A DNA stretch of 63,032 bases, the filler included, from Octopus bimaculoides (lineage: Eukaryota): assembly GCF_001194135.2 (NCBI RefSeq). It is 5 parts of 5 records of this genome, joined end to end, with 100 filler letters (N's around TTAATTAATTAA, not from the genome) between each part and the next. Parts side by side here need not be neighbours in the genome. Positions count along the whole stretch, not along the records: positions 1 to 23,539 come from NC_068981.1; 4 more parts are not named here. One strand, given 5' to 3'. How positions within the stretch are numbered: position 1 is the stretch's first letter; each line of letters opens with the position of its first letter. Below are positions 1 through 10,842 of the stretch, one piece after another. The notes beneath the pieces were generated by a model. It saw only the letters and a program-made list of their open reading frames with translations, had not been told where the DNA came from and ran no database searches. The translations under genes were made by a program, and so were the position numbers.

Positions 1-507
1 ACCGGTTCGTTTATTTCTGTTGTCAGATTGTTTTGCAGGTTCTGATCTTCGTATTTTTTTCGTAACAAGCTTACAGTACGCACTTCTCGGTTGTTATTCT
101 TGGGTGTAATAATACCGGTGTTATTTAATCTGTTTGTAATTGTTTTGTACATGGTGTTTTTGGGTTCGAAGATGGTTTGGTTTTGATGTAACACGTGTGT
201 TTACGATCGCTGTGCGGGTAGTGGAGGTATCAAGTTAAAATACATCATTATATTTGGAAAAATAGAAATAAATTTCAATGAGTATTACTTACTCGGATAT
301 AGTCCAACCCATTGTCAGCTATTTTTTGGCTCAATGCGATGTCTTTATTTCCGATGTTTTAGGATAAGTTTCGGAGCAGTGATTTATCGTTCTCACATGT
401 TAAACTTCCCCGGTGTCTTCCTTATTATTAAATTCTTTAACAGCATTTTGCCAGCGTTTACCCTGGAACGGTAAGGTGGTACAATCTTTAGAAGGCCGGA
501 CATGATG
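1..507 (-). pseudogene. Possible decayed two-exon coding relic, unidentified
   Basis: An 83-nt GTAAGT...CACAG intron (292-210) links two mostly open frames carrying two stops and one frameshift. Confidence 0.25.
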
Positions 508-695
508 TTAACGGCATTTAGCCCACCTTTATATTCTTAGTTCTATTTCCTTCGCGGTCGACTTTGCTTTCTATATTTCCGGGATCGATGAAATAATTAC
601 CAGTTATGTAATAGAATCGACGTAATTGACGGCCCCCAATACACCACAAATTTCAGGTCTTGTGCCTATACTAGAAAAAATTATTATTATTATTA
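501..695 (+). mobile_element. SINE family A, degraded copy
   Basis: GGTCGACTTTGCTTT...GATCGATGAAATAATTACCAG...TTGTGCCTATACTAGAA followed by an (ATT)n tail. Confidence 0.6.
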
Positions 696-980
696 GCTGT
701 CTGAGAGGAATAGATTTTTATTTTTTAGCTTCACTGAAGCGATATTCAGTGGTGGCCATTTTGTTTAGGAAACCTAATTAGCTACTTATGCAAGCACTTA
801 TAGTGTAATACACCCCACGTCAATACACAGACGTGTGTAACTGCTGATTTATTTGTGGTGTATATTAGTGTAAGTGATTGTCTGTGTTCAAATGTGCATA
901 TGTGTTTTAGCGAGATGCGGTAATGTTTGTTATTTTGTAAGTACGTTTGTACAAAGAAATGCATACGTATATAACTACGA

Positions 981-1000
981 ACATTCATACATACATACAC

Positions 1001-1048
<48 letters not shown>

Positions 1049-1083
1049 GTCTCTCTCTCTCTCTCACTCTCTCTCTCTCTCTC
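981..1083. repeat. Compound microsatellite (CATA)n(ATCT)n(CT)n running into a gap
   Basis: Direct reading. Confidence 0.95.
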
Positions 1084-2379
1084 NNNNNNNNNNNNNNNNN
1101 NNNNNNNNNNNNNNNNNNNNNNNNNNNNNNNNNNNNNNNNNNNNNNNNNNNNNNNNNNNNNNNNNNNNNNNNNNNNNNNNNNNNNNNNNNNNNNNNNNNN
1201 NNNNNNNNNNNNNNNNNNNNNNNNNNNNNNNNNNNNNNNNNNNNNNNNNNNNNNNNNNNNNNNNNNNNNNNNNNNNNNNNNNNNNNNNNNNNNNNNNNNN
1301 NNNNNNNNNNNNNNNNNNNNNNNNNNNNNNNNNNNNNNNNNNNNNNATATATATATATATATATATATATATAGATGTGAGTGAAAGAATATCTACATGT
1401 ATAAATACATACACACATGCATACTTATATACACATATATGCATGAATGTATATGCATGTGTTTGTCCTCATATGTGTCAGCGTATGTATTTGAGTCTTT
1501 GTAAAACCTCATAAAGTCGACAGAAAAGAAAAAAAAAAGAAATACATATGCTTAAGCACGTACGATTGCCGGAGTGTATTACAACGTATTTGTTCTTGCT
1601 TGCGTGTGCTTCTGTGTTTATGTGTGTGTGTGTGTAAATATTAGGCTGGGGAGATATGTGCGAATAAGTGTGCGTATGTTAAGTGCGACGTATGTTTGAG
1701 TTCAGTGATGTGTACGCTTCTATTGGAATCTACCTTACTAATTGCGTTTTGCTAAAACTTACCTAAGCACAAATAATAATGCTTAATGGTAAAGCAATAA
1801 AACAGCGATGTAACATAACAGATTAATTTCGACACTTCGTAAAGTAATGACCAATGAAGGACAAAAAAGAAGTGAAAATGAGACAGCAAACGGTAGAAGG
1901 AGGACTTTTAAAAAGAAGGGAAACTGCATTGTATATTGCGAGAGTGAGGCCAGAGGGAGAAAGTCTATGATATAGAATGTTTGTTTATTACATCTCTTGT
2001 TAGCACGAGATTTTTTCTTTCTTAGTTATACATAAGTGAATAACAATGGAAGTAAGAAAGAAAGAACATATAGAAACAGACTAATTCTAACATAAAACAT
2101 GAAGAAATCTATATAAAAACACGAAAAAAAAAGAACATGTGGAAATGAAGTAACTCCTTAAAAGTTTCACTTACTAATATAGGTATTTACCTTTTCTTCG
2201 TGAATCTGGCTAATTCCATTGTTAATGTAAGATGTAAGAACTTTTTTTTTGTTAAAAGCAATACTTTAATCGTAGAAAAGTTATCGATCTTGTACCGGTG
2301 AAGGAGTGCGAGAAAAATAGGCCAATGTTTGTTCCAACCATTAATCGAATCGAAAATTTTTCAATTAGTTGTGATACGT

Positions 2380-2768
2380 GTATATTTATGTTTATCTGTG
2401 TTTGTGTATATATGTGTGTCTATGTGTGCGTGTACGTGTGTGTGTATGTATATATGTGCGTTTGTGTGTGCGTGTGCGTGTGTTTGTATGTATGTGTGTA
2501 TTTGTGTGTGTGTGTGTGTATGTGTGTGTGCGTGTGTGGACTTCCATAAATACATATGTGTGTAAACGTTTCTGTTGGTATTTGCATGTGAATAGATAAA
2601 TATAGATGTATGCGTGCGCATATATCTCTCTGTATCTCTGTCTCTCTTTTTCTCACTTTCTCTTTATATATATATATATATATATATNNNNNNNNNNNNN
2701 NNNNNNNNNNNNNNNNNNNNNNNNNNNNNNNNNNNNNNNNNNNNNNNNNNNNNNNNNNNNTATATATG

Positions 2769-2822
<54 letters not shown>

Positions 2823-2870
2823 ATACATACACACACATATATATGTATGTATGTATATACGTATGTATGC
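2380..2870. repeat. Degenerate (GT)n and (TA)n microsatellites around a gap
   Basis: Direct reading. Confidence 0.9.
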
Positions 2871-3959
2871 GAGTCTGTGTGTCTGTGTATAGCGAGAGAC
2901 AAACACAGACAAACAAACTGGTACCGGCAGACAGAGACATTGATGGAGATAGATATACACACATTAAAAATGCATATATATATTTGCATATGTGTTTCAA
3001 TGGACGTGTATGCATAAAATTGTAGACGTGTTTATAAGCAACTATTGCGTAGCCTAAATAATAGTGATTTTAATGAAATATTGACTTAATTTTCTTTCTA
3101 ATTACTTTTCGTTTTTATTTTATGCTATCAGGTACTTTAGTTATGTAACTATAGTGAGAGCGACGTTTATGTGTAGGGGAACAACATAACGTCTAGATTA
3201 TTTTCTAATACAGGAATCCTTCGCTTTACACGCTTTATGCATTAGTGAAACATATCGTATCCAGAAATGGAAAAGAAAATTAATTATTCCTATTATTTTC
3301 ACATTATTAAGTGATAATGCATTCCTACGGATTTTTTTTTCCCAAACACGACTGTTTTATACATGAAAATAAGTTGGAGAATAAATGATAATCTTTATAA
3401 TGTAATAAGGCATGTTCTTAACATAAAATATATTAGCAACTCTGTGAGGAACAGTTGTGTTGGAATGAATGTTTGTGGGAATATGAGGGACACTGTTTTC
3501 CGTCATATAGTTACATCATAAACGACATATGCTGGAGAAGAAAAGAAATTCTGGGCAATATTTTAGCATTGTTACTCTTAATGTAATTGTGTGCGAAATT
3601 AATTTGGTTTCAGTCAGAAGTTAGTATAGAAGACACTACCACAAACACATCAGAAAAACACAGTCGAAAACTTTATATTGTTTAATTTCCTCCTAATCAG
3701 GAGTGCAGCGATCATTCGAATCCTTCCAAATTTGCCAGCCCCTCCCAGGAATCGAACACTTGCTAAAAGCCGCTTTGCATCCAAATGCTTTTCTCACAAA
3801 CTATCCTAATCTTTTGTACATGTACCACTTTTATTCCGCAAGGGCCCTTAATATGCATCACTAATAACGTATTCAAATTCTATTCAAATTCAAATTCTAT
3901 AGAATATAGCCAATTCTATATTAGTTTCAAATTTTGGTACAAGGTCAGCAACTACCAGG

Positions 3960-4136
3960 GAGGGTTAAGTCAATTACATCAATCTCAGTGATGTATTGGT
4001 ACTTGTTTCATCAACCCCGAAAAGATGAAATGCAAATTAACCCCAGTAGCATTTGAAATCAGAACGTAAGGTCGTCAGAAATACTGCGAAGCGTATAGTC
4101 TGGTGCGTTAACGATTCTGCCAGTTCGTCGCCTTAA
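3960..4136 (-). mobile_element. SINE family A copy
   Basis: Reverse complement of the head TAAGGCG.CGA.CTGGCAGAATCGTTA at 4105-4136, plus body remnants. Confidence 0.7.
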
Positions 4137-4579
4137 AGTCTACATATATATTGAACCCATTTTTTTCGGTGTTCAGCTGCTGTTCTTAATTTTAAAATAT
4201 CAACATATTTGTGTGTATACCTGTACTTGTACATCTGTGTCAAAGTATGTTCTGTGTTTCATAAATTCTCATGACACAAGTACCAATTGCAATCAGAATG
4301 TATCTCCAGTATTTGCTTTTCACACGGATGATGGAAGATGACTATTTGTGATATACACAGAAGTAAAGAATCAGCCACTATTCTATAAGTGTTTGCTAAG
4401 CTGATTTGTCGTTCTCCTTGTTTAGTATCGACCTGAGGCAGATCGAACAGAACTCGCTTTCTATAATAATTCTAGGCATGGATTTACGATAATACATTAG
4501 CCATTGTTTTGTCCTCATTTAAGGCGACTAGATGTAATTTAAAGGGTATATAGTGGATCTCTCCTGCAAGACGACTTAC

Positions 4580-4633
4580 TGTGTAGAGACGTCACCGTTT
4601 TCTTGTGTTTGAGTAGACATGGTATCGTTTAGC
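4580..4633 (-). CDS. Candidate small exon (54 nt)
   Basis: Acceptor CATATTTTCAG|, donor CA|GTAAGT. One frame is fully open (LNDTMSTQTQENGDVST). Chance occurrence is not excluded. Confidence 0.3.
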
Positions 4634-5106
4634 CTGAAAATATGAGAAACATGTGCTGGTATATTAGAATTCCGAAAGGATCGTCAATAATGACCTAATT
4701 ATAATTTTGCATTCACTCAAGCTCAAAATCTCTATATCATCATCTAGTAGACAGAAATTAATAACAGATTTCAAACATTACGTGCTTTGGATCAAACATA
4801 GTCGTTCGACCGATTCCTTACAGACCTAAGTGCATTCTAAGAGGTCCGATGTAGTTCAAAACAACACATATATAGCAAATGCGTATAACATCAAAACGGT
4901 TAACAATTCATTGTATTTCTGGCTATTGGGATTTAAATGTTACGAAAAACTGAATAGGACTGGTGTAACTATTCATTGAAGTTGTTAGACATAGCAGGCC
5001 AATTTACTTTCAAACCAAACAGTATCTTCTTAGATCATTGCGTTGGGAAATGCAGTCTGGAATACATTAATATCTGAAAAAAAAATACCACTGTTACAAT
5101 ACTTAC

Positions 5107-5135
5107 CATCGAATCTCTGTTAACTGCAGCCCGAT
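5107..5135 (-). CDS. Candidate micro-exon (29 nt)
   Basis: Acceptor TTAAACCCCAG|, donor TG|GTAAGT. Splices in frame to 4580-4633. Confidence 0.22.
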
Positions 5136-5807
5136 CTGGGGTTTAATAACAACAGTTTATGAGAGGGATCAAAGGGCATTAATGAGAGATGGAAGTTGTG
5201 AATGAATTATTAAAGATTATGTAAGCATGTAAAAGAAAATGAGGTACACTGAAAACGAGATGAGTTACTTTACCTATTGTTTAAATGAACGCTAGCTAAC
5301 AGTCGTCTAATGGGACATAGGATGTTTTCAGACACGTAGAAAGTTTAATACATATGTGAAAAATGAATAGATCACGGAGACATTGAGAGATGAGAATACA
5401 TTCTGGTGGGACTAATTGCCGATATGTTACCTGGTAGTCTGAAAGCTATATGTCACAGACAGTGCGAACAATACTTTTCAGTATAGAGAAATATTATTTA
5501 TCTCCAGCTGTCAAAAAGAGAAATATGTTACACTGTAAGCCATTATTATTGCTGTAGTATTATCAATAGGAAACGACTGTGGATTGATAGAAATGATAAA
5601 TCGCAAGACAAAATGATTTTAACAGCAAGTGTGTCCCTTGATGTTTTGTGCTCAAATCTCACCAATGTCTGCTCTACACACTGCCAAGGAAAAATAAGTT
5701 AACAATTCGAGTACTGAGATACTACTAATCAAAATCACTGGAATTTAGGCTAATATTATCATGATTTTAATCATCATTAACATTATAATTATTATTATTA
5801 TTATTGA

Positions 5808-6030
5808 TAAGGCGGCGAGCTGGCAGAATCGTGAGTACGCTGGACGAAAAGCTTAGCAGTGTTTCGTCCGTTGCTATGTTCTAAGTTCAATTTCCACCGA
5901 GGTCGATTTTGGCTTTCATCCTTTCGGGACGATGAAATAAGTGCCAGTCGGATACTGGGGACGATGTAGTCGGCTAATCCCCTCCAACCAAACTTCAGGA
6001 ATTGAGCCTTTAGTAGAAAGGATTATTAAT
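5808..6030 (+). mobile_element. SINE family A copy (tRNA-derived head, ATT tail)
   Basis: Head AAGGCGGCGAGCTGGCAGAATCG (A-box-like), GTTCAA (B-box-like), body GCTTTCATCCTTTCGGG, tail TAGTAGAAAGGATTATT. Confidence 0.85.
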
Positions 6031-6033
6031 ATT

Positions 6034-6093
<60 letters not shown>
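6034..6093. repeat. (GTT)n microsatellite
   Basis: About 20 perfect units. Confidence 0.97.
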
Positions 6094-6310
6094 AAAGCGG
6101 TGTGCTGGCAGAATCGCATCACGCCAGGCGAAATGTTTAGCTACAACGTTCTGAGTTCAAATTCTGCACAGGTCGACTTCGCCTTTCATCCTTTCGGGAA
6201 CAATGAATTAAGTACCAATGAAACACTGGGATCGATCTCATCGGCTAGTCCCCTCCTCAAAAATTTCAAGCCTTATACCTATAGTAGAAATGATTATTAT
6301 TATTATTATT
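6094..6310 (+). mobile_element. SINE family A copy
   Basis: Same head, body and tail; follows a (GTT)20 tract. Confidence 0.8.
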
Positions 6311-6354
6311 ATTATATTCTTTGTGTCACATGTTTTCTTGGAATCTTGGAGTTT

Positions 6355-6545
6355 GCATGGCAGAATCGTTAGGACACCGGGCTAAGTGTTTAGCGTTATT
6401 TCGTCCGTCTCTACCTTCTGAGTTCTAATTCCGCCGAGGTCGACTTTGCTTTCATCCTTTCGAAGTTGCTAAAATAAGTACCAGTTGAATACAGAAGTCG
6501 ATTTCATCGATTACCTCTTTCTCCAAATTTCAGGCCGTGTGAATT
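6355..6545 (+). mobile_element. SINE family A copy
   Basis: TGGCAGAATCGTTAG...CCGCCGAGGTCGACTTTGCTTTCATCCTTTCG...AAATAAGTACCAG. Confidence 0.8.
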
Positions 6546-6720
6546 AGAACCGTTATGTTTAACAGCATTTCGTCCACCTCTACGTTTTGTATTCAAATCC
6601 CGTCTAGCTATCATCTTTTCGGAGTCGATAAATCAATAGCAATGAAACATTCAAGTCGATGTACACTCCCACAAAATTTCAGGCTTTGAGCCTGCCTGTT
6701 GTAGAAGGAATCATCATTAT
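6546..6720 (+). mobile_element. SINE family A, 5'-truncated degraded copy
   Basis: TCATCTTTTCGGAGTCGATAAA...AAAATTTCAGGCTTTGAGCCT...GTAGAAGGAATCATCATT. Confidence 0.6.
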
Positions 6721-6722
6721 TA

Positions 6723-6786
<64 letters not shown>

Positions 6787-6810
6787 CATCATCATTATTA
6801 TTATTATTGC
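6716..6810. repeat. (ATT)n microsatellite
   Basis: About 30 units with ATC interruptions. Confidence 0.97.
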
Positions 6811-6930
6811 TGATGTTGTTGTTGTATGCTTGGGTTTTGTTTTGTGTTTATACATGTCGACTCCAATTCTCGTACAGAAATGGCAAGAGACAAGAAGATA
6901 GAAGTTCAAGTCATTGTTATGACTAGTATG
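6810..6930 (-). mobile_element. 3' tail of an R4/Dong-like LINE ending in (TAA)n
   Basis: Reverse complement aligns by eye with 23745-23850 (GAACTTCTA.CTT.TTGTCTCTTG...CAAAACAAAA). Abuts the ATT tract at 6716-6810. The family assignment rests on recall and on the TAA tail. Confidence 0.6.
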
Positions 6931-6940
6931 GAGGGCAGCC

Positions 6941-7090
6941 AGCAGGCAGAATCGTTAGAAATTTACATTTCATCCTTTCGGGGTCAATGCAATAAGTACC
7001 AGTGGCGCACTGTGGTCGATGTAATCGACTAAACCCCATCCGCAAAAGATTTTCACAGCCTTGTGCCTAGAGTAAAAATAATTATTATGA
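6941..7090 (+). mobile_element. SINE family A, internally deleted copy
   Basis: GGCAGAATCGTTAG is joined directly to TTTCATCCTTTCGGGGTC...GTCGATGTAATCGAC...CTTGTGCCTAGAGTA. Confidence 0.7.
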
Positions 7091-7251
7091 TTAGTATGGT
7101 TGATAACTGTTATGATTCTGGATTTGTACAAAGAATTGTTCTAGAGAATGATAAAACTATAAGAAACTTAGAAGTTTGTTTTAAAAGTAGGTTGCTGATA
7201 AGATTTGAGTGTAATTTTCTCATGACAGTAGAAGGTATTTTTATTATTACT

Positions 7252-7441
7252 GTAAGGCGGCGAGCTAGTAGATACGTTAGCACGCCGGGCGAAATGTTTA
7301 GCGGTATTTCGTCTGGCGTTACGTTTTGAGTACAAATGCCGCCTCAGGTCGACTTTGCCTTTCATCCTTTCGGCGTCGATAAATTAAATACTAGTTGCGT
7401 ACTTAATTTCGGGCCTTGTGCCTAGAGTAGAAAAGATTATT
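7252..7441 (+). mobile_element. SINE family A copy
   Basis: TAAGGCGGCGAGCT...GTTAGCACGCCGGGCGAAATG...GTCGACTTTGCCTTTCATCCTTTCGG...CCTTGTGCCTAGAGTAGAAAAGATTATT. Confidence 0.85.
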
Positions 7442-7451
7442 AATGTAAGTA

Positions 7452-8695
7452 TTGGACCATCCTATAAATAATGCGGTTTTCTCAATTGCGTGAACTGAAA
7501 GTCGGAGGGGGACGGGATAAACTACCTGCATCCACTTGCTATAAAAGGAGGTAGTAATTTTACGTTCTACTTCTTCTTAGTGCAAGCATTGAAGAGTGCA
7601 GTTCGAACTTGACAGTTATTTTTCCAAAACTAATATGGAAGTGACAAAGGAGCATATTCGGCATATTTTGCTTTATGAGTTCAATAAAGGCAACAACGAA
7701 ATGGAAACTGAGAAGAATATTGATGCAGTATATGAGGATCAGACAAGTAGCGTAAGCTAGTGTCAACAGTGGTTCCAGAAATTCCGAGTCGAAAACTACA
7801 GCCAAGAGTACGAGCCTCGTCCTGAAAGAGCTCGGAAAGGACGTCCTGCAAACCCTGGTGGAACAAAATCCCAGAGAAGCTTGAATATTGTCATTCAATC
7901 ATTCATCGACACTTGCGTGCCATCGTAAAAGTTAGCAAATTGGGTCAATGTGTCCCTCACAATCTTTCCGAATCTAATTGTGCGTAGAGAATGAATGTGT
8001 GCTCTTCTTTGCTGTCACGTCTCACGAATGAACCTTTTTTGGACCGAACAGTGACTGGTGACAAGGGTTTTCTATAGAACTGTCAAGCGCCGAAGACAGT
8101 GAGTAGGGAAAGGAGAAACAGAATGACTTCACCCACGTAAGGTGTTGTTCACTGTTTGGTGGGATATGAAATACTTAGTCCACTTTGAACTTTTAAACCC
8201 AAATCAAACGATAACAAAGTAGATCTACTGGGACCTGCTTGAATGGCTTAAGTTTGCGCTAGAAGAAAAACGACCATCTGTGGTTTCAAGATGAAAGGTG
8301 TTCTTCCATCAGGACAAAGCTCGACTATATACAAAGAGGATGACATTCTAAAGGAATGTCATCCTCTTTGTGTATAGTTTGAATGGGAAACGATGCCCCA
8401 CTCACCATATTCGTCGGACATTGCCCCACCTGATTATCATTTATTCCACAGTCTTCAAAATCACATTAGACGGAAAAATATATGAATTCTGTATACGAGA
8501 TCAGATCAATAATGGAGGAGTAATTTTCGTCACAGGTAAGTGGATTATGGGAGAGGGTCCTTTCAAGTTTGCCACATAGATGGAAGAACATTGTAGAAAA
8601 TGAAGGAGTGTATATTTTAGATTAAAAAATAACATTATCTTAATTTTCAAAAATAAAAGAAGTAAAAAAAACGCATTATTTATGGGATGACTGAA
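7452..8695 (+). mobile_element. Near-full-length mariner (DD34D) DNA transposon, inactive
   Basis: Imperfect ~30-bp TIRs: left TTGGACCATCCTATAAATAATGCGGTTTT; right end reverse-complements to TTCAGTCATCCCATAAATAATGCGTTTTT. TA dinucleotides at 7450-7451 and 8696-8697. Length ~1.24 kb. Confidence 0.95.
7635..8625 (+). pseudogene. Mariner transposase pseudogene
   Basis: Manual translation gives MEVTKEHIRHILLYEFNKG (HTH region), CVPHNL (WVPHEL motif), FLDRTVTGD (Asp1), FFHQDKAR (Asp2) and PHSPYSSDIAPPDYHLF (YSPDLAPSD motif, Asp3). Many stops and frameshifts. Confidence 0.95.
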
Positions 8696-8698
8696 TAT

Positions 8699-8916
8699 AA
8701 AGACGGGTGGCAGAATCGTTTAGCACGCCGAGTGAAATGCTTGACAGAATTTCGTCTGTCTTCACGGTCTAAGTTCTAATTCCACCGAGGTCAAATTTGC
8801 CTTTCAACATTACGGGGTCGATAAATTAAGTAGCAGTCACGTACTGATGTCGATGTAATCGACTTCTCCACTCCCTAACAATTTCAGGACCTGTGCCTAT
8901 AGTAGAAATATTTATT
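8699..8916 (+). mobile_element. SINE family A copy immediately downstream of the mariner
   Basis: TGGCAGAATCGTTTAGCACGCCG...GGGGTCGATAAATTAAGT...GTCGATGTAATCGAC...GTGCCTATAGTAGAA. Confidence 0.8.
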
Positions 8917-9134
8917 GCTGTATGTACGTGCCTGTAAGTTGAAGATGGACAAAGTGAAGATGGCCCTTGCTTTACTGGTGAGGGCAACCTCGGTTATTTT
9001 CGGGTCTCCTCGAGCAGCACTAAGAAGTCTGCCTCATTTGGGTATTATTCAAATCATTTTGTATAATCCCAAATTGTATTGCCCTGCACTGTCACCAATG
9101 TTTTTGTTAACCCTTACTGGTTAATAAGGAAAGG

Positions 9135-9158
9135 TTATTATTATTAGTAGTGGTAGTG

Positions 9159-9195
<37 letters not shown>

Positions 9196-9230
9196 ATGTA
9201 ATGTTATTGTTGTTGTTGTTGTCATAGTAG
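9135..9230. repeat. Compound (ATT)(TAG)n(GTT)n microsatellite
   Basis: Direct reading. Confidence 0.9.
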
Positions 9231-9239
9231 TAATTCATA

Positions 9240-10305
9240 TTGAAATGTGAAAAACCGCAAGGAGGAAATTAATATTTTGTATGTATATATTCTCATGGTT
9301 CCTGGTATATCGTTCGGTCTTGTTTGTTCTGGTAAATTCTGTCAGAGCGGACAGTAGCCTGCTGTCAGCGGTCTCACGTCATAAGCTTTGATACTTGGTT
9401 GTTAATTAGCGTGGGAGAATTCAACATTCAAGTATCATTCTCAAAATTGTAGCTGTCCCCAACAGCGCCGTTTTCGCGGCTTGCTCTGGTCTCATGTCAA
9501 TTCCGATTTGTTTCACATACTTTTCGAACTTGGTTGTTAGTGCTATCAGTTCCCTTACAGCTAATGGAATGACAGACACTCTCCTTATAGTCCACGTTCT
9601 TGCAATTTCATCTTTTAGTAGTCTGTACTTTTCAATATATTCTACTTCTTTGTCACTTAGGCGGACATCTCCAGGTATTGCAATATATATGATCTTGGTT
9701 CCCTGTTTTCCTTTATGTATCACAACATACCTGGTCTCCCAGCATCGATTAGGAAGTCACACTGGATTATAACATCCCACACTATTTTATGTTCTTTGTG
9801 CTTAGTGACGCCCACTGGTTCATGTTCGTACCATTTCTGTACTCTATTCAGGCGGTACGTATCCACCTTATCGTGCTTCAGTTTGTAGTGCTTTTGGGCC
9901 AACTTGCTACATTCACTCACAGTATGCGAGATTGTTTCGTTTCTACTGCCGCACATCCTACAAAGTGGCGATTCGCTACTCATATCTGTAAATACTTCGG
10001 CGAACGTGTTCCTGGGCGCTGCATATCAATGCCACAGTGTATCGTTTCAGATCAATTTTTCTTAGCCATCTCTAAGTGTTAATTTTGTCTTTTCCTTCGA
10101 TTTGTCGATATGTGCATCTCTGATCACGTGCTGAAGTAGCCATGTGTTGAGAGGAAGTCTTTGGTGTTTGGATAGTTCACCTTTGGAAACATTAGACTCT
10201 CAGATGGAGAATCTTTGGAATGCGTTATAATTTTTCCGTGTGTCACTAACAGATTGTGGTTGGAGATCCATGTTTCGTTTGCTCTTTATCGTGAAACCGA
10301 GTATT
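9240..10305 (-). mobile_element. R4/Dong-clade non-LTR retrotransposon, 3' part (restriction-like endonuclease type)
   Basis: WLRKIDLK..ALICSAQE, CCHC knuckle CRMCGSRNETISHTVSEC, KIVWD..RP, K.EKY and KTALLGTATILR. Followed by a 3' UTR running into (AAC)n/(TAC)n/(TAA)n repeats. Confidence 0.9.
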
Positions 10306-10420
10306 TCATGGCTTTGTCTGTAAATTTCTTGGTACATAACCTAATGCACCTATGATGATAGGTACAAATGAGCATTCATAGTCAGAGTACAAGACCTTAA
10401 AGTTTTGTACCAGTGTACAA
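10306..10420 (-). mobile_element. Separate R4/Dong-type endonuclease C-terminal fragment
   Basis: LVQNFKVLYSDYECSFVPIIIGALGYVPRNL contains the VPIIIGALG motif. It lies upstream of, and so is not colinear with, the 9240-10305 element. Confidence 0.7.
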
Positions 10421-10480
10421 GACCTTATGTATGTATGCATGCAAGTGTGTATGTATGTATATATGCATGTATGTATGTAT

Positions 10481-10807
10481 GTGAAGGCGCGTGGCTTAAT
10501 GAGGTGCGTATCCGGCTCACCATCGTAGGGTCGTAAATTTGATTCCCACCCGCATGTTGTATCCTTGATCAAGTCACTTTATTTCACGTTGCTCCAGTCC
10601 ACTCAGTTGGCAAAAATGTGCGGTAGCTGCATGTCAAAGGGCAGGTCTTGTCTCACTTCGTGTCATGCTGAATCTCACTAAGAACTAAGTAAAAAGTACG
10701 AGTGTCTGTGGAGTGCTCAGCCACTTGCATGTTAATTTCACGAGCAGGCTGTTCTTTTGATCCGATGAACACGGGCGCTCTTCGCAGTAATTGACCGAAT
10801 GCCAGTT
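10481..10807 (+). mobile_element. SINE family C (tRNA-Val(CAC)-like head, CORE-like body)
   Basis: GTGAAGGCGCGTGGCTTA..., anticodon-like loop CTCAC, body TCCTTGATCAAGTCACTTTATTTCACGTTGCTCCAGTCCACTCAG (resembles the MIR CORE). Colinear with 49176-49492. Confidence 0.85.
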
Positions 10808-10842
10808 ATACATGTATGCGTGGATGGATATGCGACTGGAGA

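Noticed and set aside
8930-9130. Possible additional LINE fragment between SINE A and the TAG tract
   Set aside because: No convincing peptide motif, and no second copy in the window to support it.
10481-10560. tRNA genes at SINE heads (also 26771, 49420-49492, 60998, 62370-62446)
   Set aside because: They have A/B boxes but no complete cloverleaf, and they continue into SINE bodies.
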